64,000 bases of DNA from Tubiluchus corallicola (taxonomy: Eukaryota; Animalia; Priapulida): NCBI GenBank assembly GCA_030141605.1, contig JAQGDQ010000130.1, positions 267,974 to 331,973 of the forward strand, in the 5' to 3' direction. Within the stretch, counting starts at the first letter, position 1, and the number at the start of each line of letters is the position of its first letter. The translations under genes were made by a program, and so were the position numbers. Below are positions 13,746 to 26,835 of the stretch, one piece after another. The notes beneath the pieces are model-generated. The model saw nothing but the letters and a program-made list of their open reading frames with translations. It was not told where the DNA came from and did not search any database.

Positions 13746-14941
13746 ATATATATAATGATATATTAAATAATGTTTTATATCAACCAAGTAACATACCACT
13801 AGTTACAACTACTACTATTACTACTATTGTATTAAAAAGAAACAAATGTTAATTCATTTTTAATCACTTAAATGTTTGACCACAAATATTAAGAGAAGTA
13901 AGAAAAATGAAGACAGGCATTTCTCTATTGAGTTGAATGAGTTTCGCTTTATTGATTATCAGTTGTAAGCTAGGCAATTGGCTTCATATAATCTAATAGT
14001 GCAACAGTGTACATAAGGCAAGGCTTCTCCCAATAATTAGCATAAAATCATTCCAGAAATGATTCATGAGTCACCATTTTCCCTATTTGTAATAAATAAA
14101 ACTTATTCTTAAGTGCTTAATTAGAAGATACAGTTCAGTACTATACGACGGTGCGCGCTTTACACCTTGAGTCGAGGAAAAATCTTGTAACTAATTTCAT
14201 TTTGTGCCCGAAAAAGTCAAGATTTTTATCAAAAATGGCGGAACTTGTTTTTATTTATTAATAGAAAATGAAATGCAAAAATCATCAACTTTATTTGTGT
14301 GTAACAGTCGACATTTGGCAGCAAACTGTGGTTATCTTTTCATTGAAATGTTTATTTATTTCAGTCACTGACTAGTTAAGTGGGTCGACGTTTCACAAAT
14401 AACCCACTGATCTCAACAACAATAGTGACCAATGATTGACCAACATTGATGCTGACCAGACCCTGCAGTTAAGTGGCTAATTTTCCATTCAGCAGTAAAT
14501 ATTAGCATGACTGGCGAGCTCCAATTCAACGTTGTGTCAATTATCGTAAAAACCGTAAAAATGTGCCAACGTAAACTCTGGATTGAATTGGCTCTCCTAG
14601 ATTATAAGAAGTCATATAGGGCATAACAGTCGAATTAGGCGGACGTGCGAATCCTTCAATTTGAGGTTTGAGGCACGTAGAGTAGGTGCTGAACACTTAC
14701 TTCTGAGAAGTTTACATAAGGAACTGAAAACTTATCAAAAGTGTCTTTCCACCAGAAACGTTTATTTTTACTGCTTTATGCAGCATTTGACTGAGTCTGG
14801 GATAGATCTAATACTAAAATTCTTTATTGATTACGGGATGAATAAGAAGTTATTTAAAGCACAAGAAGAGACTGTTTATAAATGAAGTTTAAAAAGTCGT
14901 CTTGAAATTTTGTGCCGCCTACATATGCCTTATTGCGTACA

Positions 14942-15317
14942 GAGCTTGTATTAGCAGCAACGCTGTACAAATGAAAATTTAAATTCCCGCGACGACCGTT
15001 AGGCGCAGCTATTTTGACGGGTGAGTCATTTGAAACCAGTTTAGATAACGTTGTGTAAAATTTGAAAAATAATCAGAGCATTCGTGGCCAACACTTTGCT
15101 AATTAAGTATAAATTATTAAGTGTAAAGTATAAATTACTGGTGCACACTGGGAAGGTGACTCAGTGACATTTTACCAGTTGGGCGAACATTTTGAAGTAC
15201 TAAGAATTTTCTTTTCTAGTTACATAAAACTTTAAAAAAATAAGCATAATGCAAAGCAATATAACTTTGTGTGGAAAGGTTTTTTGGGACCTTAAAATTG
15301 TCTTTTTCCCCCTTTAA
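14942..15317 (+). repeat. Dispersed repeat, copy 2 (homologous to 3628-4054)
   Basis: Same colinear blocks as copy 1; ends TTTTTCCCCCTTTAA. Confidence 0.7.
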
Positions 15318-18300
15318 CAAAATGATGTTTTATTATATCAATAAATACTTCATTGTTAAATACTTCAATAATACGTATTATATTAAATACTTCAGTTAAG
15401 GTTTATTATGGCAATGTCGCGTGTTTCTTTGTAGCCTACTAAAGTTTTTTCTCTTACTTAAAACATTCAAGTCTAACCATTAGCGGATAGCTTATACGTT
15501 TCAAACACATATCTTTAGTCACTAGCAAAGAAAGCCTGTATTAAAATTCAATAAAATTTTTCTTTAGGCAACCAAACTTCCAGATTTTAAATAAATTCTG
15601 CTCCAGGGTTCTTACGTTCACAGCTAAAGCGTTTTGCAGCTAAATATTACATTAATAACAAAATCTAGATATCTAAACAACGACAGTAAGAGTAAACTTG
15701 TACTTAGAGGTAAAATGTTTTAAAAATTACTTCAGCAAATTTTAGCTCTGAACCAAAGAATGCTGATAAAAGAGTTTTTAGAATCCATAACGTTGGTTGT
15801 TTAGAGAAAAATTTTGTTGCGTTTTACTACAGACGTTGTTTTTGTTATTACAGATTTATCTTACTGGAAGCAACTAAAATCATTAGTAAATCTAGTCAGA
15901 GTGCAAATCTGAGATTAAAATTTGAGACGAACATCAAGAATGTTATTATTCCACGGAAGTTCAACTTCATTATTGAATGACGACCTTATTTTCTAACAAC
16001 CATGCAACCTACTTGTCAATCAAGCAGGATACACCACGGTTAGGCCGATTAGCTGAGGAAGTGGATTTCATGCACGCAAGCGATTACTTCCTGATTTAAA
16101 GTTAAATTTTCATCATTGTATGTAAACTTATTATTATTGTTGCACTCGTTTACGAGTAATTCTACATAATCGTGTCTGACATGTTAAGTATCTCAATGTA
16201 AATCAGATTCAGACATGACAAGTTGTATAGACATGTAGCAGAAAACCAGAAACAAAACAAAATGGCAAGGTTAGTGAACTTCAAAAACGAAATTCACAAA
16301 ACTGAAAGAACTTTAAGTACAACTCACTAGTAGACAAATCATCACGTGTTATTCACGTAACACTTTTAATTGATTATTAATGATTTAAAAACTTGTTAAG
16401 GTTTGTCAAAGCCCAGCATTTTAATGACTGTGATGGTCATACTGCATAAAAATAAATAACTAAATAATGAACGAACGAATGAATAAATGAATAAATAAAT
16501 ATTTAATAAATATTCAAATAAACAAATGAGTAAATAAATAAATAAATAACAATAAATAAGAAATGTAAACTCAATTCATTTCTCAAGTGTGCTATTGGTA
16601 GCTATATTGTATGAAGTGGCTTAGCTAATTAAATCTTTATAACACAATTATTCGATTGTTTGTTTGCGCATTCGTTCGTTCAAATCATTCATTCATTCGT
16701 TTGTTAATTTTTCATTTCATTTCTCTCTCAGTGAAACTAAGATTTTTCCAGTTTCCTAATTTCTGTCGTGAATAACGGCGCATCAATTTTCGATGCAAGA
16801 CAGTTCCAGTTTTCTTATCCATCGTCTACCAGCTTGTTAGCGGTTACCGCAATTTTATAATATCATAACAATGTATGCCCCCAGGGTATACAGGTATACC
16901 GCCTCGGTGCAAAGCAAAACCTATTTGGAAACATTTAATTAGCTAAGCCAGGTGTGGGTGCTATAGTACACTTGTGAGTTGAATTGTGTTGGCAAGTTTC
17001 CTTGCATCGCTGTTTTATAGGTGAACCTAGATTTAGTTACACCCCACTCACCTGTCAAGAACCTAGAATGTGATGCGTTTGCACATAATAAATTAGACCT
17101 ATAGACATACTGATACATTATTTATTTGCCAATATCCAAACGTTGAGGATCAAATTTCTAATGTATCTCTAGCCGCGGATATTTTAAATACAATAGAAGC
17201 GAGAGATTTCTCTTTTTGGAACTTGACTGAATTGAATGAAAGTTTTACATTTGTCATGGAGGATTAGCTACATACGAATATTTTATAGCGTTTTAAGAAT
17301 ATTTTTTAAAGTTAATGATTTTCATTTCGTTTAAGATTTTTTTATTGTTTTGTTTCTTTCCGTTGTCTTGTTTTGTGTGTAATGTATTATAAATATGTAA
17401 CTAATTATATTTATAAATATTACTAATGTACTGCGTGTTTGTGGTATGTTAGACCTTACCTTAGACCTTAGTCCTTCCTGCGCATTGATGCACATTGGGC
17501 AGACAGCATTTTCAATGTTAATGTGCGAATAAATAATAAATAATAATAATACAATATCATAAAGATATTATACATTACAATACTTCAGGAATCACAAATA
17601 AGTAGAATTTATAATATGGTGGGAGGAAAAAATAAAAATAAAGACAAAATCACGTGACTAAATAAAGCGTCAGAATGGTCGAGTTTGACACATACTTCAA
17701 GTTTTTGAAATTTTTGCGGGCAAATTTCAAGGTACAATTAATCAAATGATGTTGCCACGTAGGAAGATTATATACTATATAGGCAGGGAGAGAAAAGCAA
17801 TAACAAATTGAACAGTACCCTTGTACTTCAATTTTGCATTTTGGAAAGAAAATTAAAACAAGTCGCATTTCTCAAGCGGCATTTTTAATTCCCTGGTAAT
17901 AGGAAACAATTTATGATTTGTTGCTATGGATTTCACAAATGACAAAAATAAAACCTCTGATTCAGATTACAATGACAAATTTTCAGCAAAATTTTGATGG
18001 AATTGAAATAAACACTTATGAAAGTATAAAACATTACACCTAAAAGAGAACTAAAATCTTTGTCGAACAAATAAATGCTTACCTCTGTGGTAAAGCCCTG
18101 CCAATAGCAGAAGTACAGTGTGTTCCAAAAGAAACAGTGAAGTAAATGCAATAAGCACACCAATATTATACTATACAGAGTCCAATAAAATGTGGTCTTT
18201 GATAGGAATTTGGGAAATTGAAGTTATAATGCAGAAGTCCAGGTTTTTTTTGGAAAATTTATCGTCAACATATTTCAGCATATCAGCATATTTCTACTGC

Positions 18301-19778
18301 ATGACTTTTTCAGAACAGTCTTTATTATTGCGCAGAAGTTACACAGTGTTTATTTCCAGCACTTCTCTTTTCCTGGATTCTTCCCTTTACGAAAACTACC
18401 TTTCTACATCATTAAATTATGCATTGCTACCTTACTCAATTACACTCTCTACGGGTTTTTATCCAGCTTTTTTACCACATTCATCTTCTAACTTTATCAT
18501 AGCAATCTATCTAACTCACTTTACACATCGTTTAACCTTTTATTATTTCCCTGGGTAAATCAAGAACTCACTACAGGTACAGCAGCTGATCCTAGACGTG
18601 GGCGGAGCAGCCAACGAGTAAGCGGAGCTGTCATGGCAATTGATTATAATAACGAGTTGTGCTCATGTAGATATAATTATGTAGCATTTAAAAGAAAGCT
18701 TTGCCAGAGACGGTGAGTGAGACGATATACGCAGCTCACTTATTGAGTAACAGAGCAACAAGTTTTCTAAGTTAATATTATTGCTACTGCAGCGCCGGTA
18801 TTTAGCTCAGCGTCAAAATAAGATAATGTCTCACTGTATATCTCACCTGATAAGATGATATCTCACTGTACATCTCACCAAACATTTAAATCTATTTTCA
18901 AAATCAGTCTGGCAAATAAATTGCGATCACGTGATGTTTAATAGCTGCAAATCTATATGTATTAATAGAATCTTAATTTTATTAACTTATTAATAATCGT
19001 CAGTGAACTGGTATGAACCCTCATCTTGTTGGGCTGCCAAACTGCTAGCTAGGCGTAGAAACCTATAAATAACTAAAAGCATCTAGATATCTTGTATTTT
19101 TATTTGTTTCAATAAATGGTTTTAATTAGATGTTTGTTTTCTTATATATGGACATGAAAGGCTGTATAAATATGCCACAACTTGCATGTTTATTTCTTAA
19201 ATGCTTAGGTTATGCATTGCTGTGTTTTTATTTTTTTGTCTTGTTTTCTGTCGTGACTTTACGTTTTTATGCAAGAATCTCAACATCTAATTCAAACTGA
19301 TACAAACTACTACTCACACTAGACAATTGTATACAAACTGGAGTCTATGGACTAATGCGTTTGGAGCCTGGAAGCTTGGAACAGAGCTAAGTAATCTCCG
19401 CATTTATCCCATAACACGTGATGTTCATTATTCAAAATGAAAGCTCGGGGATAAGGCAGGAAAAGACCAGTGTAAACTTTCCACCACATCATTTTTCATC
19501 CTCATATTTAGCCAGAAAAATCCTGGCAGGAATTCGTCATCTATACATCCGCCGCACTTGAAAAACGACCGGCTTTTTCTCTTACAACACGAGCTATTGA
19601 TCAAACTGTTTGGCCCCAAATACATAATAGTAACTTGCAGACTCAGTATCAGTTAGTATTAGAAGTTGTTCGCGTTAAATTTTTATGTGTAAGTAATACT
19701 GTTATAATGACTTTTTAAAAGCAAATTTTAGATTCATTCAATTATACGTTTAAACCAAGCAATTTATTGCATATTGTG

Positions 19779-20282
19779 CACCATGCAAAATTTTTCAACC
19801 ATCATGGAAAATTCAAGGCTTGACACGGGTCAAGTGGCAAGTAAATTATGTTGACCAACACGTGCCTTAATATGTGGCAATTAATGTGTGACATGAGTTG
19901 AACGCGTATTTCAACAGGTATTTCATGGGTTGAATCATGGTCAACACAGATTAAACGTGTCTCTTAATTGTATGACGTTAAACGTAAATTGAACACGTGT
20001 CTCTAGTCAACTAAATAATGTTGAACACAGATAGCGTAGTGCCCTAACTAAAACGTGTTCAACACGGTTAAACACGTGCTCTTTTGAACCCTGTTGGACT
20101 CCGACAGCTCAAGTCCCTTAAAAACACGTCAAACACGGTTTGAACCCGCATCTTAACTGGACAATGTTCAACAGATTAAACGCGTGCGTCAGATATGGAC
20201 GGAACATGTGTTTCTAGGAGAAATCGCATTGATTCACGTCGTTTTAGATGGAATTATTTGTTTAATTGTTGACAGCATGGTG
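19779..20282. mobile_element. Probable non-autonomous DNA element with short TIRs and degenerate internal repeats
   Basis: The termini CACCATGC...GCATGGTG form an 8-bp inverted pair. The interior is made of many degenerate TTGAACACG/TTAAACGTGT units. Confidence 0.45.
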
Positions 20283-20383
20283 ATCTGGTATCGCCAGTTT
20301 AGTGACCATGAACGACTACTGGCGTAACTTGAAGCCTGCGAACTTTTGTTGTGTGAAAAATTAATAAACATACATCTACTCAC

Positions 20384-20735
20384 CTAAGCTTCGCATATTA
20401 AATCCAGGTGGCGGTTTGAGTACCCTCCTGCCCCAAGCGTTCCTCAATATGTCAACATAATAATCACTTCCGCCTAGCAGGAGCAATCCTGGAGAAATAT
20501 ATCCCTTGTATTCACAATTGGATGCTGCATCCAGTAATGGAGCATTCCAGTAACATGTTAGATTTGCATTCTGCCAGTCTTGGAATATTTGGTAACCGTC
20601 CCAGGCGACAGGGTCGCTAGGAGGAGAGCCTCCCTGCTTGGAACTCTTCTGTTTGATGAACATTCCAAGACAACGACCGGTTAGTAGAGGAACAAGTTTT
20701 GTTGGTTTCCGGTCTTCCCTGGTTTTGCTGGACAT
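20384..20735 (-). CDS. STOX: Storkhead-box protein (STOX1/STOX2 family), first coding exon; the rest of the gene apparently lies beyond the left edge
   Basis: MSSKTRED...WNAPLLDAASNCEYKGYISPGLLLLGGSDYYVDILRNAWGRRVLKPPPGFNMRSLG aligns with the STOX1 N-terminus as I recall it ([56 protein letters not shown]). The exon ends in a phase-1 donor AG|GTGAGT (352 nt = 117 codons + 1). An acceptor-like TTTTCCAAG lies 10 nt before the ATG. The winged-helix exons were not found in the window. Confidence 0.85.
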
Positions 20736-23239
20736 ATCTGCTGACCTTGGAAAATCAAACTAAGTTCCTACAATCACTAGTTTGATGTGCCAAAAATTCC
20801 ATTTTCCTTAACCAGTTTCTCTTTTCAACGACGTCAAGCTTCTTTAGAAGGTCAAACATGAAAATGAAAAAGAAATATTTTAGATAAATTGGGAGTGTCA
20901 ATTTGCAAATTTGAAAAAACAATCTAACAGACTGTTTGTCACCAATAATTAAATTTATTTCTTTTACGGCTTTTTTATTGTTGTTAGAATTTATCTCAAA
21001 AGTAGAATTGATGTAATCATCCAGTAGCAAAAGAAAGCACAGATACGACAAGACAATTTGTTAAAATATCTAAATATCATTAAAATGTTCAGCAAATTTC
21101 TTTGTCATTTTTTCGTTAAAACTTAAAAAGGTTTCTACTGCACCCTAACAGTTGTTATCAGGTAATGAAGCAAATTTTATCACTAGAAGCACCGAAAAAG
21201 TTTTCTACCTAGAAGGAGCGGCATGCGTCAATTGACGCAATACAAAAATAAAACTGGCAGTTATAGTTATCAGTCAGATTTTACTGAAATTCAACGATTC
21301 GTCAGAAAACTAATTGAATCCATATAAAACTAAAGCAATTTGTACAGAACAAATACTCATCTAATGGCTTGCATCGAGTCAAGCTGACATCCTGAAAGCT
21401 GACAACCGAGAAAGTTCAGGCCACAAGTTTTTAGCTCGTAGTAAGACATCAAAAGAGCTCGCTGATTTACATTCACATTTATTATTATGATGTAAATACA
21501 TCAGAGCTGTGATAATTTACAAAGTACAATATACACTGGGGTCAATTCACGTAGTAGATCCTTCTAGGTAGTAGCTTATTTTTAGCAAGGTTAAATTAAC
21601 ATTTCAGTACTGAAATTCTGTATAGTAGTAGTTAGCACGAAAATACGAAAAGTAGTAAAAAATAGGAACATAATTTCCAGAGATACCAGAAATATACACA
21701 AAATTAAAAATTGCGCAAGCTGACGCGCATGGTCGTTCTAGAGTTAAACAAAATTCAACATATTTGTTTAGTGCAATGTTATTAGCGAACAGATTTGTTA
21801 TTGGCGAATTATATATTACTTCGTTAGGAATGTGAAAACTCTATGACAAAATATATGTAAAGTTTAATAATGTACCAGAACCAAATCAGTGGTGAATATT
21901 TAAAATTTGATTCTTTTCGGTTGTACAGGTGAGAAATGAAATACAACGAACTAACCAGATGTTTATTATCACCAAAGTTATGGTTAGTATTCACATTAAT
22001 CTTTTAAAGGGCCTGTTTAATGAGTGGTCTGTGCTGTCGCAATCGTCGTCATCATTATTATTATCCTCGTCATCGCCATTACTTTCGAATTTCAAGAAAC
22101 GTCTAAATATTCACGTACATAGCTACAATACATATGTCTACTAAAAATCTAGTGACTTTCTTAATTGTTCGTTTTTAATTTTGTTTTTCTAAGTATTCTT
22201 TGTAATGTTGTGAATTCCTACCAACGTATTAAAGTTAAAATTGTAGTCCAAGCTTCACAGTATGAACTGCATAGATTTTCTTTGCGCTTTGTTAAACCGG
22301 ACAGAAAATTCTATTCAACATTGTGTAAATCCAGTGTTTATTTTGCAGTTAGACAAGCTGTTTTCCTAGCAAATATACGATCGTTTTGCTGAGTTAGCTC
22401 GTAACAACCAGTTATTCGAGCTCGGCTTATGTCCTGGGAAAGTACTAGACGTTTGACCCTCACCCCTGTGAGTGCGTAAATCTCCACACATAAACGTGAC
22501 AGAGCTTTTAAATCCCAAATGCTATAGCACCATACGATACTGGTGTAATGATATTAAGCTTAGTAATGATATACAATGTTTGTAATTAGATGGGAAACAT
22601 ACTTTTGTACGCCCTCTTTAATTATGAAATTTAAAGAAAAAAGTCGAACAATTTCAGAACTTGCGCGTTTTTGACATACTTTGTTTCAAAACCATCACGA
22701 AACCATTAAAGTGGGGAGAAAAGCTCTTTTGCTCTTGCACTAATGAATCCATTTTCAATGCACATGGTTGATTTTGTATTATAAAGACGCCCAAGTGCTT
22801 GCTGCTGTCTCGGTTGAGGATAGATTACTACAAAAATGCATTAGCGCACATATGAGACACATACTATCGGTTACACTAACATAACTATTCTATTAAAGCC
22901 TAATACACTGCCAATAAAAAAATTATTCGGTCACAATTATTATTCTCAAATTTTTGTTATTTTTCCGGAAAAAAATGTAAAAAAATCCCACATTAGTCGT
23001 AGCTGTAATAGACAACGATAACGTTACCACGCACAATGCACTCTTGGCGATAATAGTAACCAAAAGAGAATTCTTCCACTGTTCACTGATCACAGTTACA
23101 AACTGTACACTATTCCAGGTTCTATTCTTACAACTGTCAGACGGTAAGTCCGGACTCGGAACATCGATTTCGTGTGATTCAGATTCTCGTCATGGGCCGG
23201 CTTGCATCTCGTTCAGCTTCTGAGAGCATTAATGTTGAA

Positions 23240-24395
23240 AACGTTAGATAGCAGCACAGTGCAACCCAGCTTGTGCTAGCCAGAGATGGTAGCGTCGAGT
23301 CTGATTTGCAACAATGATCAGTGCACGCACTCATCAGAGATGGCGCAGTGCACTGCTTGTAGGCATAATAAATGTACAAGTCTGTTCTTCAGAGAGGGCA
23401 GCATAGTGCAGTGTGATCTGGTAATTATAATAAATGCATATGCTCGACAGAGATGGCGCTATGATGCACAATGCCAGAGACACGTAATCCAGTAAAGTGT
23501 AACACTCACCAAAGATGGCAGCATGTTACAGTGTGACTTTAACCCACACCTATCAGAGATGTTGCCTCACACAGTACAACTTGCAGCCGTAATCAGTGCA
23601 CGCACTCACCCAGGGCCGGATTATGACCTTTTGGGGCCTTTATCCCAATGCTAATGAAATTACGGACCCCTCACACGGAGCCACCCTCTAACTCGCCGCA
23701 CCCGTCTAGAATACAAATGCGGAGGCGGCCAAGAGGTCCAGGGTTTAAATCTGGTTCAGTCAAACCATGTTGTAGACAAATACAGTAGATGAGAAAATAG
23801 ACAAGAAATATAAAAATTCAAACAGGAAATTCAGGTAAAAACTAGCCAGAATCTTTTCCTGCATTCCTCATGCTGATCATGACTACGGAACAGGTGCTTA
23901 GGTGGTAAACGCACTTGTCCGTCTGCCGAATGGACCGACGAGGCCATTCCATACCAACTACTTACAACTGTTATGCAACGCTGATATGCAATGGCTTCGT
24001 AATGGATCGAGACGTCACAATGAGGACGGGGGGGGGGGGGGGTAGTCGAAAATAAATGGCTTTTCGTCGCCGTAACAACATTTTTACTCATGACATTTAC
24101 ATAGCTTGAAGTAAAGCTATTGCAAGTTCTTTAAATAAACCAGAATGGATACCACTATTTTACTATTTATTGCAAACCAAATTAGCACATATTTCAACAC
24201 AGTCGTAGCGAAAAAACATTTTTTACCCAATTTTGCCAAAAATTGAGGGCCCCCAGCTTGAGGGCTGCAGCCTACACTAGTTCGTGGGATAATCCGGACT
24301 TGCACTCACGGTAGTTAGCAGTATAGGGCATCAAGACTTATAGGTAAAAATACTGAAGTGCAATTCTCACTAGAAAGGGCACTATGGTGCAGCAT
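23240..24395 (+). repeat. Degenerate ~55-60 bp tandem array with AGATGGC(G/A)GC cores, interrupted by a hAT element
   Basis: Cores at 23246, 23284, 23338, 23393, 23451, 23513, 23557, 24313 and 24374. They share an upstream TGCA..CTCAYC and a downstream (A)GTGCA motif. Confidence 0.7.
23611..24302. mobile_element. hAT-type non-autonomous DNA transposon (692 bp)
   Basis: TIRs CAGGGCCGGATTA / TAATCCGGACTTG (11/13 match). 8-bp TSD CACTCACC (23603-23610) / CACTCACG (24303-24310). An 8-bp TSD with CAG termini is characteristic of hAT elements. Confidence 0.8.
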
Positions 24396-26835
24396 GATTC
24401 ATAGACAAAATTGCGAGAGAAGCCCGTAATAACGCCTAACTATAATAAATTTACACACTTACTTTTCGCACATTTAGTTATTGTGGACTAGGACTAGTTT
24501 CCAGCTTTTCTGAGTTTTAATGCAAACGTAGATTTTAGCATTATTTCCCGCCCTCATCAGATATTGCAGAATGAAACAGTTTAATTTTAATTAACGTTAA
24601 TTTTCTCGCGGGATTTTTGCGCGAATCGGAGACCAAATATAACAACAGACTAGTGCAAACGGAAACCAGTAGTCATAAACAAGAAGTCCCAAGATATTTA
24701 TTGCTTTTAATTTTATTACTAATAACTTACAAAGAAATAATAAAATAAATGGATAAATTTGGGTTAATTAAAGAAACGCTAAAAACGGGCTAACAGGATA
24801 ATGAACTAGGCAGTTCACGTTTTATGTAAGATTTGCAAAGAAAAAACGCTAGTGTTTGCAGACAGGACTTTAATAAACGGCACACAAGTTTCACTTGAAT
24901 CTTGTTTTCTAAATTCGAACCCATTTTACAATCATGGCCGAGGAGTGCACCTACTGGCAAAAACATGTGTCCACTTTCTTGGGACACTAAGATTAGGAAG
25001 AAAAATCGTGACGCTCATATTTTCATTTAGATTGTACGAGAAAAGAGAAGAAAAAACTTTTTCTCGTAGAAATATGCCTCTTGTTACACTGAACAACCGA
25101 TATATTTCAGATGTAATGAAAACTTGCACTCAAGAGTGGTCTCCAAATATTTGAGTCAGATTGTTTATTCGAATCAATGCGTTTGTGATAACACCAGAAT
25201 AAAAAAAGCTCGATTTTTGCCAAATTTTAAGTTTTGATAGACACAGCTAAGTAGGTATCTCTTTGTGTTTTTAAACCATAATCCAATTTCATTCTTTAAT
25301 CTTTCCATTTTAAGTTTGTTGTAATTAATCGTTGCATGCAATATAGTTTTTTTTGTTTTGTATACATTATACTGAGTTTCAACTGCTTGTTTTTTCTAAC
25401 AAAATTTTGTTATTGTACAATGGTTTATGCGAAATAATAATAATAAATAAATAAATAAATAAAAATAGATAAATAAATAAATAAAGATAAATAAATAAGA
25501 TAAATAATATCGGATTTTGGATATTATTTTTATTATTATTATAGATACTTTTAGGACTTTTTGTAATCTAACGGAGCATACTATCTGGAGGTTGCTTTCC
25601 ACACACTTGCTTTCTAATAATTTATGCACATTTCCAAGATTTTAGTTTTTCGGTAAAATTTGTCGCTTTCTCCCCAAACCGCCAATGCTCTGCACGTTAC
25701 CAGATCCCATTATGCCTTCCACACCATCTAATTAGACTAATTCACCTGGAAGGTGTAGAAAGAGTTAATGCATGACACGTGTCTAGCGTGTCAGCGTACA
25801 TTATTATTACACCCAAACATGCAGTTTTCCACCAAAAAGAGCAGTTTTGGTGGTGGCTAAAGGTGATGGTATAATAGGTTTACGTTTGTAACCGTGGACG
25901 CTTTGTTCCTTTTGTTGTTTAAAACACCTTTTCCTAAAGTAACGTTTGACAATAGAGTTTGCCTATGTTTATTTTTAAAATGCAGTTTGTATGAGTCTTA
26001 AAGAAATGAATTCGAAAATGCATTGAAGTGACATAAAGGAAATAATTCAGTGAAAGAAAAGATGCTTATCTGTGTTGTGACAAGAAAATAAAAATTAGTA
26101 AAAATAAAATATCTTTCCATATGATAGATAAAGTAAAATTTAAAATATCTTTAATGCAATATCCTTTATAATACTCCAAATTTAGGATATCTTTTTCGGG
26201 TTTTCCTTAAGAGAATCGTGATGTCTTCTTCAAAAACGTTATTGCTGTGTGGTTATTTTTCTGTGAAAAGTGATTTTCTGAAAAATAGATCTTTTTTGAC
26301 ACCATCATAAGTTTATCGCAAGAAATCTTCCAGTTTTTATAAAAGATGAACTTATGCATTTCAACCCGTCTTCTCGCAAAAATGTACCGGAAAAGTGCCT
26401 CGCACTTACTCCAACAGAAGTAAAATTTTTAACCCCCAAAACACTAACAGTTTTTTTCGTGATATATGTTTATTTTTGCAGCATATAATTTATTACAAAA
26501 GATAGTTGCATTAATCATATAAATAAAAAACACGCATTTTATAAGACAGGGTAATGAAGGTCTCTATAGGCGAAGAGAGTGCAATTTTTAACCTCTATAC
26601 AATGTTCTGCATGAAAAATGCAGTCCTATAGCGATTGTACAAAACGTTTTTTTATAATCGCAAAATACATTAACAGGCATACAAAAAATAATTAATTAAA
26701 GGCCCACTCACGACAATACCGTGTGCCAGTATATATTTCCTTTTTATCAGAGTTCTTGAAATAACCAAATAAATTGCCTATTTCGTATGTCAGGTTAACA
26801 GTGGCAGAAGCACTACAATGTCTATCTCAACTACG

